From positions 1 to 57,330 of IMG/VR virus record IMGVR_UViG_3300021963_000149: a stretch of 57,330 bases of DNA; one strand, given 5' to 3'. Every line of letters starts with the position of its first letter. The first letter of the stretch is position 1. The stretch comes from a virus (lineage: Duplodnaviria > Caudoviricetes). The notes beneath the pieces are model-generated. The model saw only the letters and a list, made by a program, of their open reading frames with translations. It was not told the DNA's origin and made no database searches. The position numbers and the translations under genes were made by a program. This document shows, piece by piece, positions 37,968 through 51,500 of this stretch.

Positions 37968-39518
37968 TTAGAACTGCAATATAACTTTGATATCTTCTTT
38001 TTGATTTGAAGATCTTGTGATTGATGGTCTATTGTCCACATAGATAATGTTTCCAGAATATTTTTTAACCTCTGGATTTGACAAACCATTGGCAAATGTT
38101 TGACCAAGATAATATGTCCTATTATTTATTGAGGTAGAGACACCGCTAAATGAAGTGCTTATTGATAAATTGATACTACCACCAACAATTGTTAAATTGC
38201 CACCAGTAGATGGAGCAGAAGTAAATCTAGTAAGATTATATCCGTATGTTGGAGAAGTTTGTGCAGTTCCGACTGTATTAAAACCTGCAAGAGTTCTTTC
38301 TTGCCAATATTTTAAAACACCGGTGACTTGATCATAACTAATAACCTTACCAACAGCAGTAACCCCCGTTCCAACTGTTTGAGTTACAAGCGCATCTGGA
38401 ACAAATGATGCTGAACTATATCCCGCTCCTGTTAATCTAAGAGCATATGCAGCACTTGCTTTATCTTGTGTTAAAAGTTGTGATGAGCCATATGCTAAAG
38501 GATTCTCGACAATTCCAATTCTAGCAACTTCATTACCTGTTATAAAATCTGGATTTTCGGAGTCATTTTCAATTCTTGCATATAAAAGAACATTAGTTGC
38601 TCCCAACTCTTTATAAATGTCCGAACCATGTCCACCTTGAGGTGGAATAATTACATCTAAAATTGGAGGAGATGATGGTGATGGAACTCCACCGGCAGTT
38701 AAATCTACATTGCCAAAAGTATATCCCGAACCTTGATTTGATACTGTTATACTTTCAACCTGTTGGTCATTATTTACTACCACTGTGCATTCCGCACCAT
38801 TTCCATCTCCTTTAATTGGAACTCTTGTATATGTTCTATTTGCGGTTCCAACACCAACTCCTCTGTCTTTTATAACAATTACTTTGATTCCACCATCAAC
38901 AGCATTATCCCTAATAGATGCATTTTCACTATTAGTTTTCCAATTGCTTGGAACTGGCATAAATTCAGTTGAATCAAATTTTATTAATTCCGATGGTTTG
39001 ATGGTATAAAGATATTTCCAAATATAACCATCACCACTTGTACCTGCGGCTCTTGGTTCTAAATCAGTAAATGTTGGTTCATCTAATGAAGGTTTACCAT
39101 CTGGAGTTTCTGGTGCAGTTCCATTTTGTAAACAAATATAGACTCTATAGTCACTGTTTACTATAAAATAATTTGCAGAGTATAATGATGTGCCACTTGA
39201 ATTTTTTGGCACATTTGAAATGCTATAGTCATGACGATAATAATCGTAAGTAATTCCAGAAGACCAATTATTTTTTCTTACAACCTGTTTAACATCACTT
39301 GATGTTATTTTCTTTAATGCTATTACTGTATCCCAATAATCACTTTCTGAACTAAAATTATCTGTTGGACTTGGTGGATTTGTATTCCAATCAGATTGAA
39401 TATTATTTGGATTTGGTAGTCCAATGAATGCATAATAAGAATTTGTTGAGGTGGAAACTGCCCCAACAAAGTTTTTAGCATTCAATATTCTAATCTGATC
39501 AGTTATAATAGCAGCCAT
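37968..39518 (-). CDS. g8: Baseplate wedge protein gp8
   Basis: YRVYICL.N, DGYIWKYLYTI, SGNIIYVDNR..ITRS..QKEDIKVILQF. Confidence 0.94.
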   Translation of the reverse strand: MAAIITDQIRILNAKNFVGAVSTSTNSYYAFIGLPNPNNIQSDWNTNPPSPTDNFSSESDYWDTVIALKKITSSDVKQVVRKNNWSSGITYDYYRHDYSISNVPKNSSGTSLYSANYFIVNSDYRVYICLQNGTAPETPDGKPSLDEPTFTDLEPRAAGTSGDGYIWKYLYTIKPSELIKFDSTEFMPVPSNWKTNSENASIRDNAVDGGIKVIVIKDRGVGVGTANRTYTRVPIKGDGNGAECTVVVNNDQQVESITVSNQGSGYTFGNVDLTAGGVPSPSSPPILDVIIPPQGGHGSDIYKELGATNVLLYARIENDSENPDFITGNEVARIGIVENPLAYGSSQLLTQDKASAAYALRLTGAGYSSASFVPDALVTQTVGTGVTAVGKVISYDQVTGVLKYWQERTLAGFNTVGTAQTSPTYGYNLTRFTSAPSTGGNLTIVGGSINLSISTSFSGVSTSINNRTYYLGQTFANGLSNPEVKKYSGNIIYVDNRPSITRSSNQKEDIKVILQF

Positions 39519-39529
39519 TTTAGGTTTTT

Positions 39530-39540
39530 TATTTATTTAT
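39530..39540 (-). promoter_or_regulatory. Putative late promoter (tandem ATAAATA) for g8
   Basis: tatttatttat at the g7 stop. Confidence 0.6.
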
Positions 39541-42500
39541 GAACTGTAGTTTTGATACTTGAGAGATTTATTTCTCTTAACAACTGGTCCTGTTTGAATT
39601 CCAACAATACCTTTTGTTGTAGTAACATTGTAAGATTGGAGTTTATTCCTCTCAGATAAAAGAAGTCTTCCCCAACTATACTCTCCATAGAAACTACTAT
39701 ATCCAAGTCCAGGTATTGTTAATCCATTAAAACTAGAGACACTAACAGTAACTCTAGTAACAACAGTCACTCCAAGTCCAATCGCACCTGTAGTTGCAAT
39801 TCCTACGCTGGCAACTCTATAAATGTTGTCCAAGAATGTTGTTCCAACTCCAACAACAGAGTTTCCTTCTCCTAAAGAAGTAACGCCATTTCCAACATTT
39901 GAATTATAAACAATAAAATAATAACCAGTATCAATTCCACTTCTGGTTGTAAACGATGTAACATCTGCGTTTCGTAAAGATGAATTTTGAGGAATCACTA
40001 AATCAAATACAATTCCAGTTACTGCTGCTCCAACTGATGTTGTTGAAATTCCAGTAATAATTCCATAATCTCCTTGGTAAGAGACAATAGTGTTGTCTTC
40101 CGTTGTAAATGTTGGTGGACCTATTAATACAACAGGTGGATTTGTATCGGTGTATCCAGTTCCAGGTGAAGTTACTGATATGCTAGATACTGTTCCTCCA
40201 GCAGATATGACTGATGTGGCAAGAGCTCTTGCTGTTGTTCCCAATCCAATTGGATTTTGAATATTAACTTCTGGATTTGTACTATAACCAACACCACCAT
40301 TAGATATTACAATAGAAGATATTGTACCAGCAGCAGAAACTAAAGCAGTTGCTGCAGCAGAAATCTTATCAGTATTATTAACAATGATAATCTCTTTTTG
40401 GAAATCTACAGACACAACATTTTCATTTGTTGGGTTAAAGAATGGTCTAATATTATCAACAAAAACAACTGTAGATCCAATTCCAACTGATTGAATCAAA
40501 TAAGATGAAGGGAAGATTAGAGGTTCATACAACTCTCTTGCTTTACTTACAACTTGACCATCAATAATTCTATCTTCAGTTTGTCTGCACCATTCAACTG
40601 GTCTATAAAGAGTATTATCTTCGGAGAGACCAGGACCATAATAAACTGTTGTATCAGTTGAATTTGAAGAGGTAACTTCCGTTACTGTTCTTGTGCTTTG
40701 TTGTAAGAAAGATTGTTGATTAAGAACATTACTATATCCAATTGTTAAATCATCACCTGCTTTAACAGTATCAATTACTTCTCTATCAATAACATCAGAA
40801 CCACCAGTTCCTTTGTAGAAAATAAATTTAAGTGCATCTCCAGATTTTGGAGCCTCCTCAAAAGTTATACTACTACCACCTGTAAATGTATAAGATTCAC
40901 CAGGAACTTGAAGAATATCATTGATAAAGATTAAAAGTGTATCTTGAACAGTGATATTTGAACCTGGTTTTGCTTGAATTGAAAGTCTGTTGCCATTATT
41001 ACTAATTGGGAAAGTTTTTCTAGTACCATTAAACAGATTTGAAAAATTATCTAATACCTGAAGTTGTCCAACAGACCAAGCAGAGAATGAATCTTTATCA
41101 GATTCTTGTACTGTAATTTGAAACTCCTTAAAGTTTGCGCTTGAAGTCGTTGGTATTCCAGTTAATCCACCAGTTGGAACTGTTAAAATTTGTCCAACAC
41201 CATATCCATATCCTGTATTTACGATTTCAAAATCAATAACACTAGAACCTTGTCCAACTACAACATTAATTTTTCCTTGAGCACCGCCACCACCTGCAGA
41301 ATCTGCACTATAAACTAATGGAATATTTGTATATGAAAGCGGAGGATCGATTACAACATATGGTGGATTTGTTGAAGTATAACCAACACCTGGGTTTGTA
41401 ATTGCAATGCTAACCACATGACCATTGCTAACAACGGCAGTTCCAATAAATTCAATGTTTGGAGTTTCTCTGGAAGAAAGTGCAACGCCAACACGAACAG
41501 TTTGTACGCCAACTCTATAACCTGAACCACTGTTACCAATACTTACGAGAGAAATTGTTCCTGCAGCAGAAACAACTGCTGTTCCTCCAGCACCAATAAG
41601 AGGTTGATATCCAAATCCTGCAGTTGAACCAACAGAAACAATCACTCCACCAACAGGTATGTTTGCATTATTTGGATCATAAGCAACAGAACTTGCAGTT
41701 CCAGTAAATGAAATTGTTGTAATTCCAGATGCTTCATTTAATGTATAATCATATGTCAGTCCTGGACCTTGGAAAATGCCATTGACTAAAACAATAGCAT
41801 TATTTGTTGCAACACCAATTACATTTGATTTATTAGATGTAAGAGTAAAGTTTTTAGTTTGTCCCGTAAAGTTTTGAGAAATATCATCATAAACATAATT
41901 CTTAGCGTAGGTTTCTTCTGTTCCTCCTTGAATTCCAGAACGAGTAAAGACTCTTCCATTAAAACTTGATGAAGTTGTAATACCAATCCAGTCTCTATAT
42001 TGAGGTGGATCTGTTATGCTTCCAATTGGGTTGTTACCGTATGGGGCTTCAATAAAGTAAATCATATTATCAACAATATTGTAGTTGCCCTGAATTTTAG
42101 TTACCTTAGCTCCTGTGGAATGTCCAGCAATGGTTGTTCCAAGCCAAGAGCGAGCAACTTTAACTGCGTTAGTGCTTCCAATTCCAACACCAAGAACTTT
42201 CATAATTTCATTATCAACTTGAACATAATCTGCACCAAAGAATGATGTTATACCACTAAAATATGCCACATCTTCGGTGACAAGAAACTCTCTAGATAAA
42301 GAAGTCGTTACTGAAGTGCCAACGATTGGGGACTGTATAGCATTATCAATAGATACTAAAACTTTTTGATTTTGATTTTTAGATGTTATACTATGAGATG
42401 TTCCTATGCCTACAGAAGTAATATCAAGAGCAACGGGGTTTCTCTTAAGAGCATTTTCAGCAGTTGCTGCAAATCTTATTTTATTCTCACTAACTTTAAT

Positions 42501-45500
42501 TACAAATACTGATGAAGGAAGTTTGTCTGTGGTTCCAATTCCAATAATTGATGTGGTTCCAATTCCTATGCAATTAGTAGTAATTCCAGTTTGTGGTGCA
42601 TAAGAAACTTCTTCACCGCTAACAAAGAAATGATTTGGTAAAATTACTGAATTATCAGCAACATCAACAATATTAGAATCTGTACCATCAAACACTCTCT
42701 TGAAAATTGGATATGTTTTATGGGTTAAATTAAAATCTTTTTTAATAGTCGCTTCAGTTCCAACATAGATTACAAATCCACTATCAATAGAAGCATTATT
42801 AAAGTCTTTATATGCCTCTCCAGATGGGTTTTCACTAATTCTAAGTGCATGAGTTAATGTTTTAATGTGAGCATTAATTCCGCTATTTGGTGTAAATGTT
42901 AATTCAGTAATATCGCCTGTTCTCTTTCCACCAAAAGTTCCTAATCCTGCAGATGTTTCAACATTTGCATATTCTGTCAAGTATACTTCGTTATTATCAT
43001 CTAAAATAATAATTTCGCAGAATTGATGATTATTATTTGTAGTATCTGAAACTTGTACTAAACAATATGCTGCATCATAATCATTAAAATAACTTGCAAC
43101 TCCAACAGCAGATGGAGATCCAGAGGCTGCAATATTCGTAGATTTTGCAGTGAGTTGACCATATGACATTGCAAAAGTACCAAGTCCAGTATATCCTTCG
43201 GAAGAAATTGCAACAACAACTGTATTGAGTTTGGCAGTTACAATTCCAACTGCTGGTGTGTAGTCAATTTTGATGTCTGAACCAGAGAAATATGGATAAT
43301 ATGTTCCAAGACCAGACGAAGAAAACGCATCAAGAGAATGAATAGTCAATTGACCATACTCCAACATTTCAACTTCTGTTCCGTCATGAACAAGATTCAA
43401 TTCTTCATATTCGCATCTACCATCATCTGTTTCAATATTAACTAAAATCTTTGCGGATCTTGTTCCAGAAGATGTTGTTCCAACTCCCGCAAGAGTAACC
43501 ATTGTTTGTGCTATAGCACCATTAGCAAGAATACTGGATGTTGCAATACTAACCAATGCACCATTAAATCCCGATGCAGTAGACACGCCAATAGTAGTGC
43601 TTCCAATTGAAGCAAGATTTGTTGTGCCCATATCAAGTTGGTCAATATTATATGCCAAAGGAACAACATTATAATTGTTTAAAGTATATTTTGTTGGATA
43701 GTAATTGAGAACACCATCAGAACCGTCAACAACATAGTCAAAAGAACCAAGGTCTAAAACAGATTCAACTCTTCCATACTGATTAATCATTGAGAAACCA
43801 CGACCAATGTCATTTAAGACCGTGACCATCATTATCTGCCTTTCGCCAGTGTAAAGTCTGTCTCTTACATATACAATGAATTTTTGTGCTCTTCCATCAG
43901 CAAGTCTCTTTCTAAAAACTTCCGTGTATGGTGTGGATCTTGGATTATTATTAAATTCTCCACTAACATCATCAATTGTTAATACTCTGTTAGATATTGA
44001 TTCTGCATAATCTGTTAAAATTCTAGTTTTAAAGATTATCTCATCAGAAAAAGCGAGAGTATTATTTGAAAGATAAGTTTCTGAAACTAAATCAAAATTT
44101 GGAACACAATTTAAATCATATGAGCTAATTAAATCAAGTTGATTAGTTACTGTTCCAATAGGACGAAGGGTTAAAGTATCTACTAATAAAGAAGGGAGTT
44201 TAGATTCTATCTGCAAATCGCTGAATTTTTTAAATCCAGAAGTGTGATTTAATGAACTAACAACATCACTCCATTCTTCATAAGGAACTTTAGATTTTAT
44301 TGAATAGGAGAAACTTTGATAATATTCATTATCATGAATTCTTTGAAGTTCATCACTCAAAAATCCAGTTGAGTATTCCCAACCATTTTCAACTACGGAA
44401 TAGTAATCTAAACCATAATTGGACTCGAACGCTACAACTTCTTTTATCAGTCCTTTGGCACCAGTTTGTGGTGAATTTATTATTTTACCTGCAGTAAAAG
44501 TGTGAGAAGTTTCAACAGTTAAGTACTTACTGTCAGTATCCCAATCAAATACAACTCCAGATGCATTGCCATCAGTAACTTCATTAGATTTGACAAAATT
44601 ATTTGATTTTAAAACTGGATTAAATTGTGGGAAATATTTTTCTGGAACTAAAGTCATTGATGAATTTTCAGAATCAAAGTTGCCTGGATATTCTCCATCG
44701 TTCACATATCCACTCATTGTGTATGTTACAATCCCAGCGCCGCCACCAAGATTGGGGTGAGTTTTAGTCACCGTGAATAAAGAGTAGTTGTATGAAGAAG
44801 AATTAAATCCTTTTCCAGTTGAACCTACACCAACACTGACTCCCTCTACTAAAATTTTATCATTAACCGACAATGGGAAAGAATCGCTATATTCAGTTTT
44901 TAAAGTAGCGGTTACTTCTTGAGTTGCGGTGTTGTAAGTAATAGTAGAAACTCTAACTCCGTTTGGATTTTCTGTTGGAATAATTGTTGGTTTTGTATTC
45001 GATAATTTTAAACTATTTTGAATAATTTCTACTTTGTCTTTACCAAGGACATATTTTAAATCAACATCATCAATTATATTTTTTGTTTTTCCGTCAAGAA
45101 CAATAAGTTTTGGTGCTATTGTATATCCAGTTCCAAAAGAAGTAATACCAATATAGTCAAATCCTGTCAGAGGTTCAACTTTTAAAACCTGCGGAATACT
45201 AGCATCTGGTTTTAGAGTTAAATCTGATGGGTAATCAAATCCAATATTTTCTATTTTTGTAGTTTTAATCTTACCAATTGTTTTACTTGAAGCTTCTAAT
45301 ATTGCTCCTGTTCCATAAGTAGAAGCAACTGTTGTAATACCTGGAACTTTTGAATAACCTTTTCCTTTATCACTTATTTTTGTAGAAAAAATAGGACCAA
45401 AAGCATTAATTGAGTCTGTTGTGTAACTTATTTCAGATTGGGAAGAATTATATGAAGAGGACTCTGGGTATTTGGTTAAATTGTATAAAAATGTATTTTC

Positions 45501-48500
45501 AGTATAATCTGAAATTTTAAATTCACCACTATATTCGCTATTTTTAACTAAAATTTGATTATTTAAATTAACACTATCATCAACGACAATTTCTTTATTT
45601 CCACTTAAATTATCTTGGGAATTTATGGGAGTGAGTTTATAATAAAGAATGTTAGGAGTATTCTTATTTACTTTAAGAGTAACTTTTGCGTCGGAAGTAA
45701 CTCCAACCGTTCCGCTTTGTGCAATATCAAAAGTGGATTCTGCTCCACTAGTTTCATATTTTTGTGTAAAAAGAGAATCTTTATAAAATTCAAGCGTAAA
45801 CGCAGAATAACTAGTGCTACTTTGTGTATATGATAAAGATGAATCTCCAAGATTAAATGAAACTGTTGAATTTCTATAGAAAGTTAATGGTGGATTAACT
45901 GGAGAAATTGTTCCAGAGGATTGAGTTGATATATCAACAAAGTTGGGAACACTTTGTTGAGTATCAAATTTACTATTGGTTAATTTAATATTATCTTTGT
46001 CAACAACATAAACAAAATATTCTTTATCATTTTTTAGTCCACCAGCGGGAGAAGTTGAATTATGAATTACTTTTTGTCCAGTAATTAAACCGTGATTGTC
46101 AAGATAAATTGAATTTGATGTTGTTCCTACTCCAGCAGCAGTAAAACTTAAATCTGTTGATAAAAGTTTTCTATTTGGAACATTATATTTAAAAGTTACA
46201 GATGTTGAAATGGATGGATTAACACTGATTTCTGCAACATCTCCTCTCAACAATCCATGAGTTCCAGCTGTTGCAACAGTTACAAGATTTTTTTCTATTG
46301 ATGACTTAATAACTCCTGGATATGAAACTTTAAAACTATGATAGTTTCCGGTTCCCAATCCAACAAAATAAAGAAGTCCTTGATGTGAAGTTGTTGAAGC
46401 GATTCCGACAAAAGTACCAGTAGTACCAAGACCGACACGAACAGATGAAATACCAATAAGATCATCGTTTAATTTTGCAACATATAAAACAGAATGATTT
46501 GAAAGTCCATGTGTCGAACCACCACTTACTGTTGCTACGCCTATAGAACTTCCAGTATTAGTTTGATATGTTAATTCATCACCAGTGATTAATCCATGAT
46601 TTGGTAAATAAATGGATCTCGTTGGAATAAAAATCCCAGTAATACCTGCTCCAGGATTTGTAAAGGATAATGTTATTCCTATTCCAATTCCAGAAGTTGT
46701 TCCCAATCCAACAGATTCTATTGGATTAAAGTAGTATTCTTTGTTTATATTGTTGTCAAATGTTGTTTTATAACCAACATTGATTGTAAATCTTCTTGGT
46801 AATTCTTCTAGAACTGTACTTGCAGTGTGAGCTGCAGATACGCTTCCTTCTACTTGTCTTAAAACTCTAATTCTGGAAGAAAGACGGTCTACATTTAAAA
46901 TTTTAACCTTTTCAGATTCAATTGCAAAAACATCATTTTCTCTAATGTTTGAAAAATTAAGATCGCCTAAAACAGAAAAATAAGTAACTATTCCAGTAAG
47001 TGATGCAGCAGAAACTGCTGATGAAAGACTTAACTTATTAGTTGTGACTCCAACTGGATATGAACCCTCTGTTAAAGATGAAGTGGTTGAAACTCCAGAA
47101 ACAACTACGATATCGTTAAATTTAAGGGTATGTGGTGATGTATATACCCCAACAAAATCTCCGTTTCCATTAACAGGATAAAGTTCAACATTTAAAAGTT
47201 TTGTATTTGCAACACTTATTGTACCAACACCAACACCAGATAAACGAGAAACTTTTGCAACAGCAGAAAGTCCTCTAGTAGCATTATTGCTAAAGACAAT
47301 CTTATCGTTGACTTTGTAGTTTGTGCCGCCAGTAAGTATTCCAATAGAATCTACCGAACCTTTTTCGGCAAATTTAATAATCGAATCTTGATTAACATAT
47401 TTGTAAGATTCACTTATATATTCATAACCACTGTATTTTTTATCTAAAGAGTATGGATAGGTATTTCTAATCCAACTGCTATGATTTAAATCATAATCAT
47501 TTTGATTTGAGTCTTTCTTAGTATTAAACTCATTAGGTTTAGCATTAAATGATTTACCAATTAAATACGGGAATGCTGGTTTTTTGTAATTTTTAAATAT
47601 ACCATCTGCTGAAGGAGCTGACTCAAAAGTTGCAAAGTATGCATATGTACCATTAGGATATTCTGGAGTGACACAGAATCTACCATTATTTTCATCAAGA
47701 ATAGTTTCATTTGAAGAGTTCGTCCAAGTAAAATCTTCAACAAAAAATTCTGATGGAAAAACACTGGTAGGAGGTCTATTTGGTTTTAAGTCTAAAGCAT
47801 ATCCAGACTTAAGTTGAGTTACAATTCCTCCAGATTTTGTGCTATATCCATAAGGTCCATATATTGGATATCCATCGTATGACCACCCAATAATTGGTGA
47901 GTGATCTGAATTGGTAGATTCTTGACCATTTACCAAAGTTAAATCTTTTTTGCCATATAAAGTATTTCCATCCGCATCAGTTGCATAAAGAACTCTTCTA
48001 AGAGCTCTTGGAGCATAGACATGAGAGCACTGCAATCCAAAATCAATATTTGTTGGTTTTGATATGAAAGCATCATCTTCGGTTAAATTGTTATAATTTT
48101 TTCTAAATTCATTGACTCTCCAAGTTTGAAGATTTGTTTTAAATTCTGCTCCAACACCTGCCGACTTTACATTAATAAAAGTTGTTGATACTCCATATCC
48201 AACTCCACCATTGTTTATTTTGATAGAGGTAATTACTCCATTAACAATTTCTGGTGTTAAAACTGCTCCTGTGCCGATTCCAGAAACTGATAATTCTGGT
48301 GGAGTATTATAATTGTTGCCACCATTATTAATTGCTACACTTACGATTTTACCTTGAGAAATTACTGGAGTTAATTCTGCATTATTACCGGAGTATAAAT
48401 TAATGGCTGGATATCTTTCAAAATTAAGAACTTCTGATACTCCATAACCAACACCATTATTTGAAAGATGTATTGAAGTAATTTCTCCTCTGACTATTGG

Positions 48501-51500
48501 TTGAGCAATAGCTTTAAAAGTTTCTCCACCAATTGAAGATAATCCAACTTTACCAATAACTTCTACAGAAATATCTTGATAATTGAAAGTATGAGTTCCA
48601 ACACCAACAGATGTTAGGTTTTCATATTGACCTGTTCTGAAATAAAAATCTTTTGTTGTTGTACCAACACCAACAACAGACAGTTTAAAGGAATTTTTGT
48701 CTACTACTGTAACATAATATTCAGAAAGTGTGGAAAGACCTGATATGGAAGTGCCATCAACCGAATACTTGACAATTTCTCCAGTTTTATAATTGTGATT
48801 TGAAATATTAATTATATCTAATGCGGTATTGATTCCCGAAACTCCACATGTTCTCTTTTTATTCTCATATCCAACTCCAGGGTCAGTTATTATAATAGAA
48901 TTTAAAATTGCTTTTCCGTTTAGAGAACTTAGAGAATGAACGCCATCACCATAATTTGTAAAAACAACGGTATTAATACCAACTACAGCATCATTTAAAG
49001 TCTTATGTAATTTTACAGTGTAATCATCTTTTACTGAAACATAATATATCGCGCCAGTATTAAGTCCTACTAATGCGGTTCTACCAAAAGTTTTATATAC
49101 AACTCGCTCAGCATTTCTTAATTTATGATAAGTAGAAAATCCAATAGATGAGTTTGCAGACCCAATTCCAATCGCTGTACCAATTCCAGATGCATTAAAT
49201 GAAACTTCATGGGGAATTGTAACTAATTTTGCTTCGGCTTTAGCACCTTGTCCATTTCCTCCATTTATTTTGATAGTTGGAACCTCTACATAGTCAAAAC
49301 CAGAATTTAAAACTCTAATTTCAGCAAAAGATCCTTTAACCGAACAATATCCAGTTGCTCCTATTCCAACATCATCAGTTATACTTAAAACTGGTGGAGA
49401 AACAACATCATAATTTTTTCCTCCAGAAACAATATCAATTGAATTGATTTTACCATAATAAACAATATCTCTTGACTTATAATTTAAAATTTCTACACCA
49501 TTGACCAAAATTCCATTATATCCAATTGTTGTTTCATATATTTTTCCATCATTAATTGGAGAATCTATTTCTCTCAATAATTTTTGTGGTTCTATAAATT
49601 TCCCTTTATAATCATATTTTTCAATAATATTATTTTGAATCGATATTGTATCACTTCCATCAGTTTTTACTTTTGCAAAAATGTTATTGTAAATATTCGA
49701 TCTACTTTTTGCCAACTTTACACTTTTTTCATCAATTCTTTGTACAAAGTATAGTCCCTCTTCAAAAAGTGAACTTATGACATATTCTTGTAAAATTGAT
49801 TCTCCACTAGAGTCTATCGTAACTACAGATCCTTTTTCTGGTGTATAGTAAACAGCATCACCAGTAAAAAAGTTGTGGTCTACAACATTAGTAAAAGTTA
49901 AAGTCTCTTCATTTTTATTGAAAGTTCCACTAAAAGTTATTTTTTGAGTTTTTGGTCCAAATTTTACACCAGTTGGTGATAAAGGTTCACCAAAAGATGG
50001 TAAAGAAGAAGATGCTACCAAAATTTTATCAGAATCCAAATACACATTTTGAATATTTGAAGTAATTTTATTAAGATTTTGGTGCAGACTAGAGTCTATC
50101 TTTGTAATGGTTCTTCTGACTTTAATAATTTGTGATGAATCATCAATACCAAGACCTCTAATTAAACATGTTTGATTGTTAAAAACATCAAACACAATAA
50201 ATTTATTTGATAAAATTTCGTTGTTTTTGTTAATTAAAGAAACACCATCACCTATTCGAAGAATATTGACATCTGTTGTTACTAATCTGTATGTATTATT
50301 TGTAGAATCAATTAAAGTCAACGATGAAACATCATAACTTTGAGCGGTATTAAATAACCATCCATTTGCTTTTTTATTATTAGATACCCTTCCTAAGGTT
50401 TTAAATTTAACTAAAGAACCAGATTGCTGATACTTTGTATTTTGTGGAATATTGAGTTGATTTAAAACAGATCTAATTTTAACTTTAATTCCATCTGTTG
50501 AGCCAGCTCCAGCGGCATAAGCATAAGTATTTTGATCAATATCAGTTTTATCTAAAATTGTTGTTGTAATTGCATTAGTTGATATACCAAGAAACTGGTT
50601 GATTGTCTTATCGGAATAAGTTAAAACTCCAGATGTGCCATTATTGTAAACAAAAGATAAAGTTCCTGTTTTTGGAAATCCTAATGTAGAATCAACATCA
50701 AGAAAAGTTTGTCCAGCACCAACATTACCTATAATTTTTGTTTTGGAGTGAATGGAAAGATTGCCATACAATAACTCCGCAGAACCATCATTCTGGGTGT
50801 AAGAACCATCGATGCTTACTTTGTAATAAGTATCGGTTAAAACGCCAACGGAAACTCTTTCAACGCTTGCTACAGGTGCATACGCTTTTGAGATATTCTC
50901 AAATTCATCTTGGAAAAGAGTTTTATTTTGTAATTCAAAAGGATCTCCAGAAATAGATTCTACAATCAAATCTCTTGTTTTTCTATAATTTGCATTAGAT
51001 GGGGAAATTACATAATCTCTTGGTCTAATAATACTTACATCTTCACCATAAAGAGATTTGAAAAGAATCTTAAATGATTCGTCTGTTCCTCTGGTTGAGT
51101 AAAAGTTTTTTGATTGTCTAATAAATTGTGGTTGATTTAATCCATCAACAAGATTTCTACCCTGCAAACCTGGTAAAACTTGTTTTTTGACTTTTTTTAA
51201 AAATTCTTCCAAAAATAAAACACTCAAATTTTCTACTATTGCTTCATTTGAGTGATCATCTGCTACAGAAGTTGAAAAAATTAAATCTTCTGGATTATTT
51301 GGATCTGTAAATGAGGTAATTCCACTAAATCCCCTTACACACCCAACAAAAGAAACATTGGTTTTACTAGTATATGTAATTACCTCATTATCAATTTTGA
51401 TGAGTCCGTAATTTGCGGGAAATCCTTCTGTATTTTCAACATTTATCGTTGTATCAAAAGAATCGATACTTTCAGTGAGAGTTGTGGATTTTATAATTTT

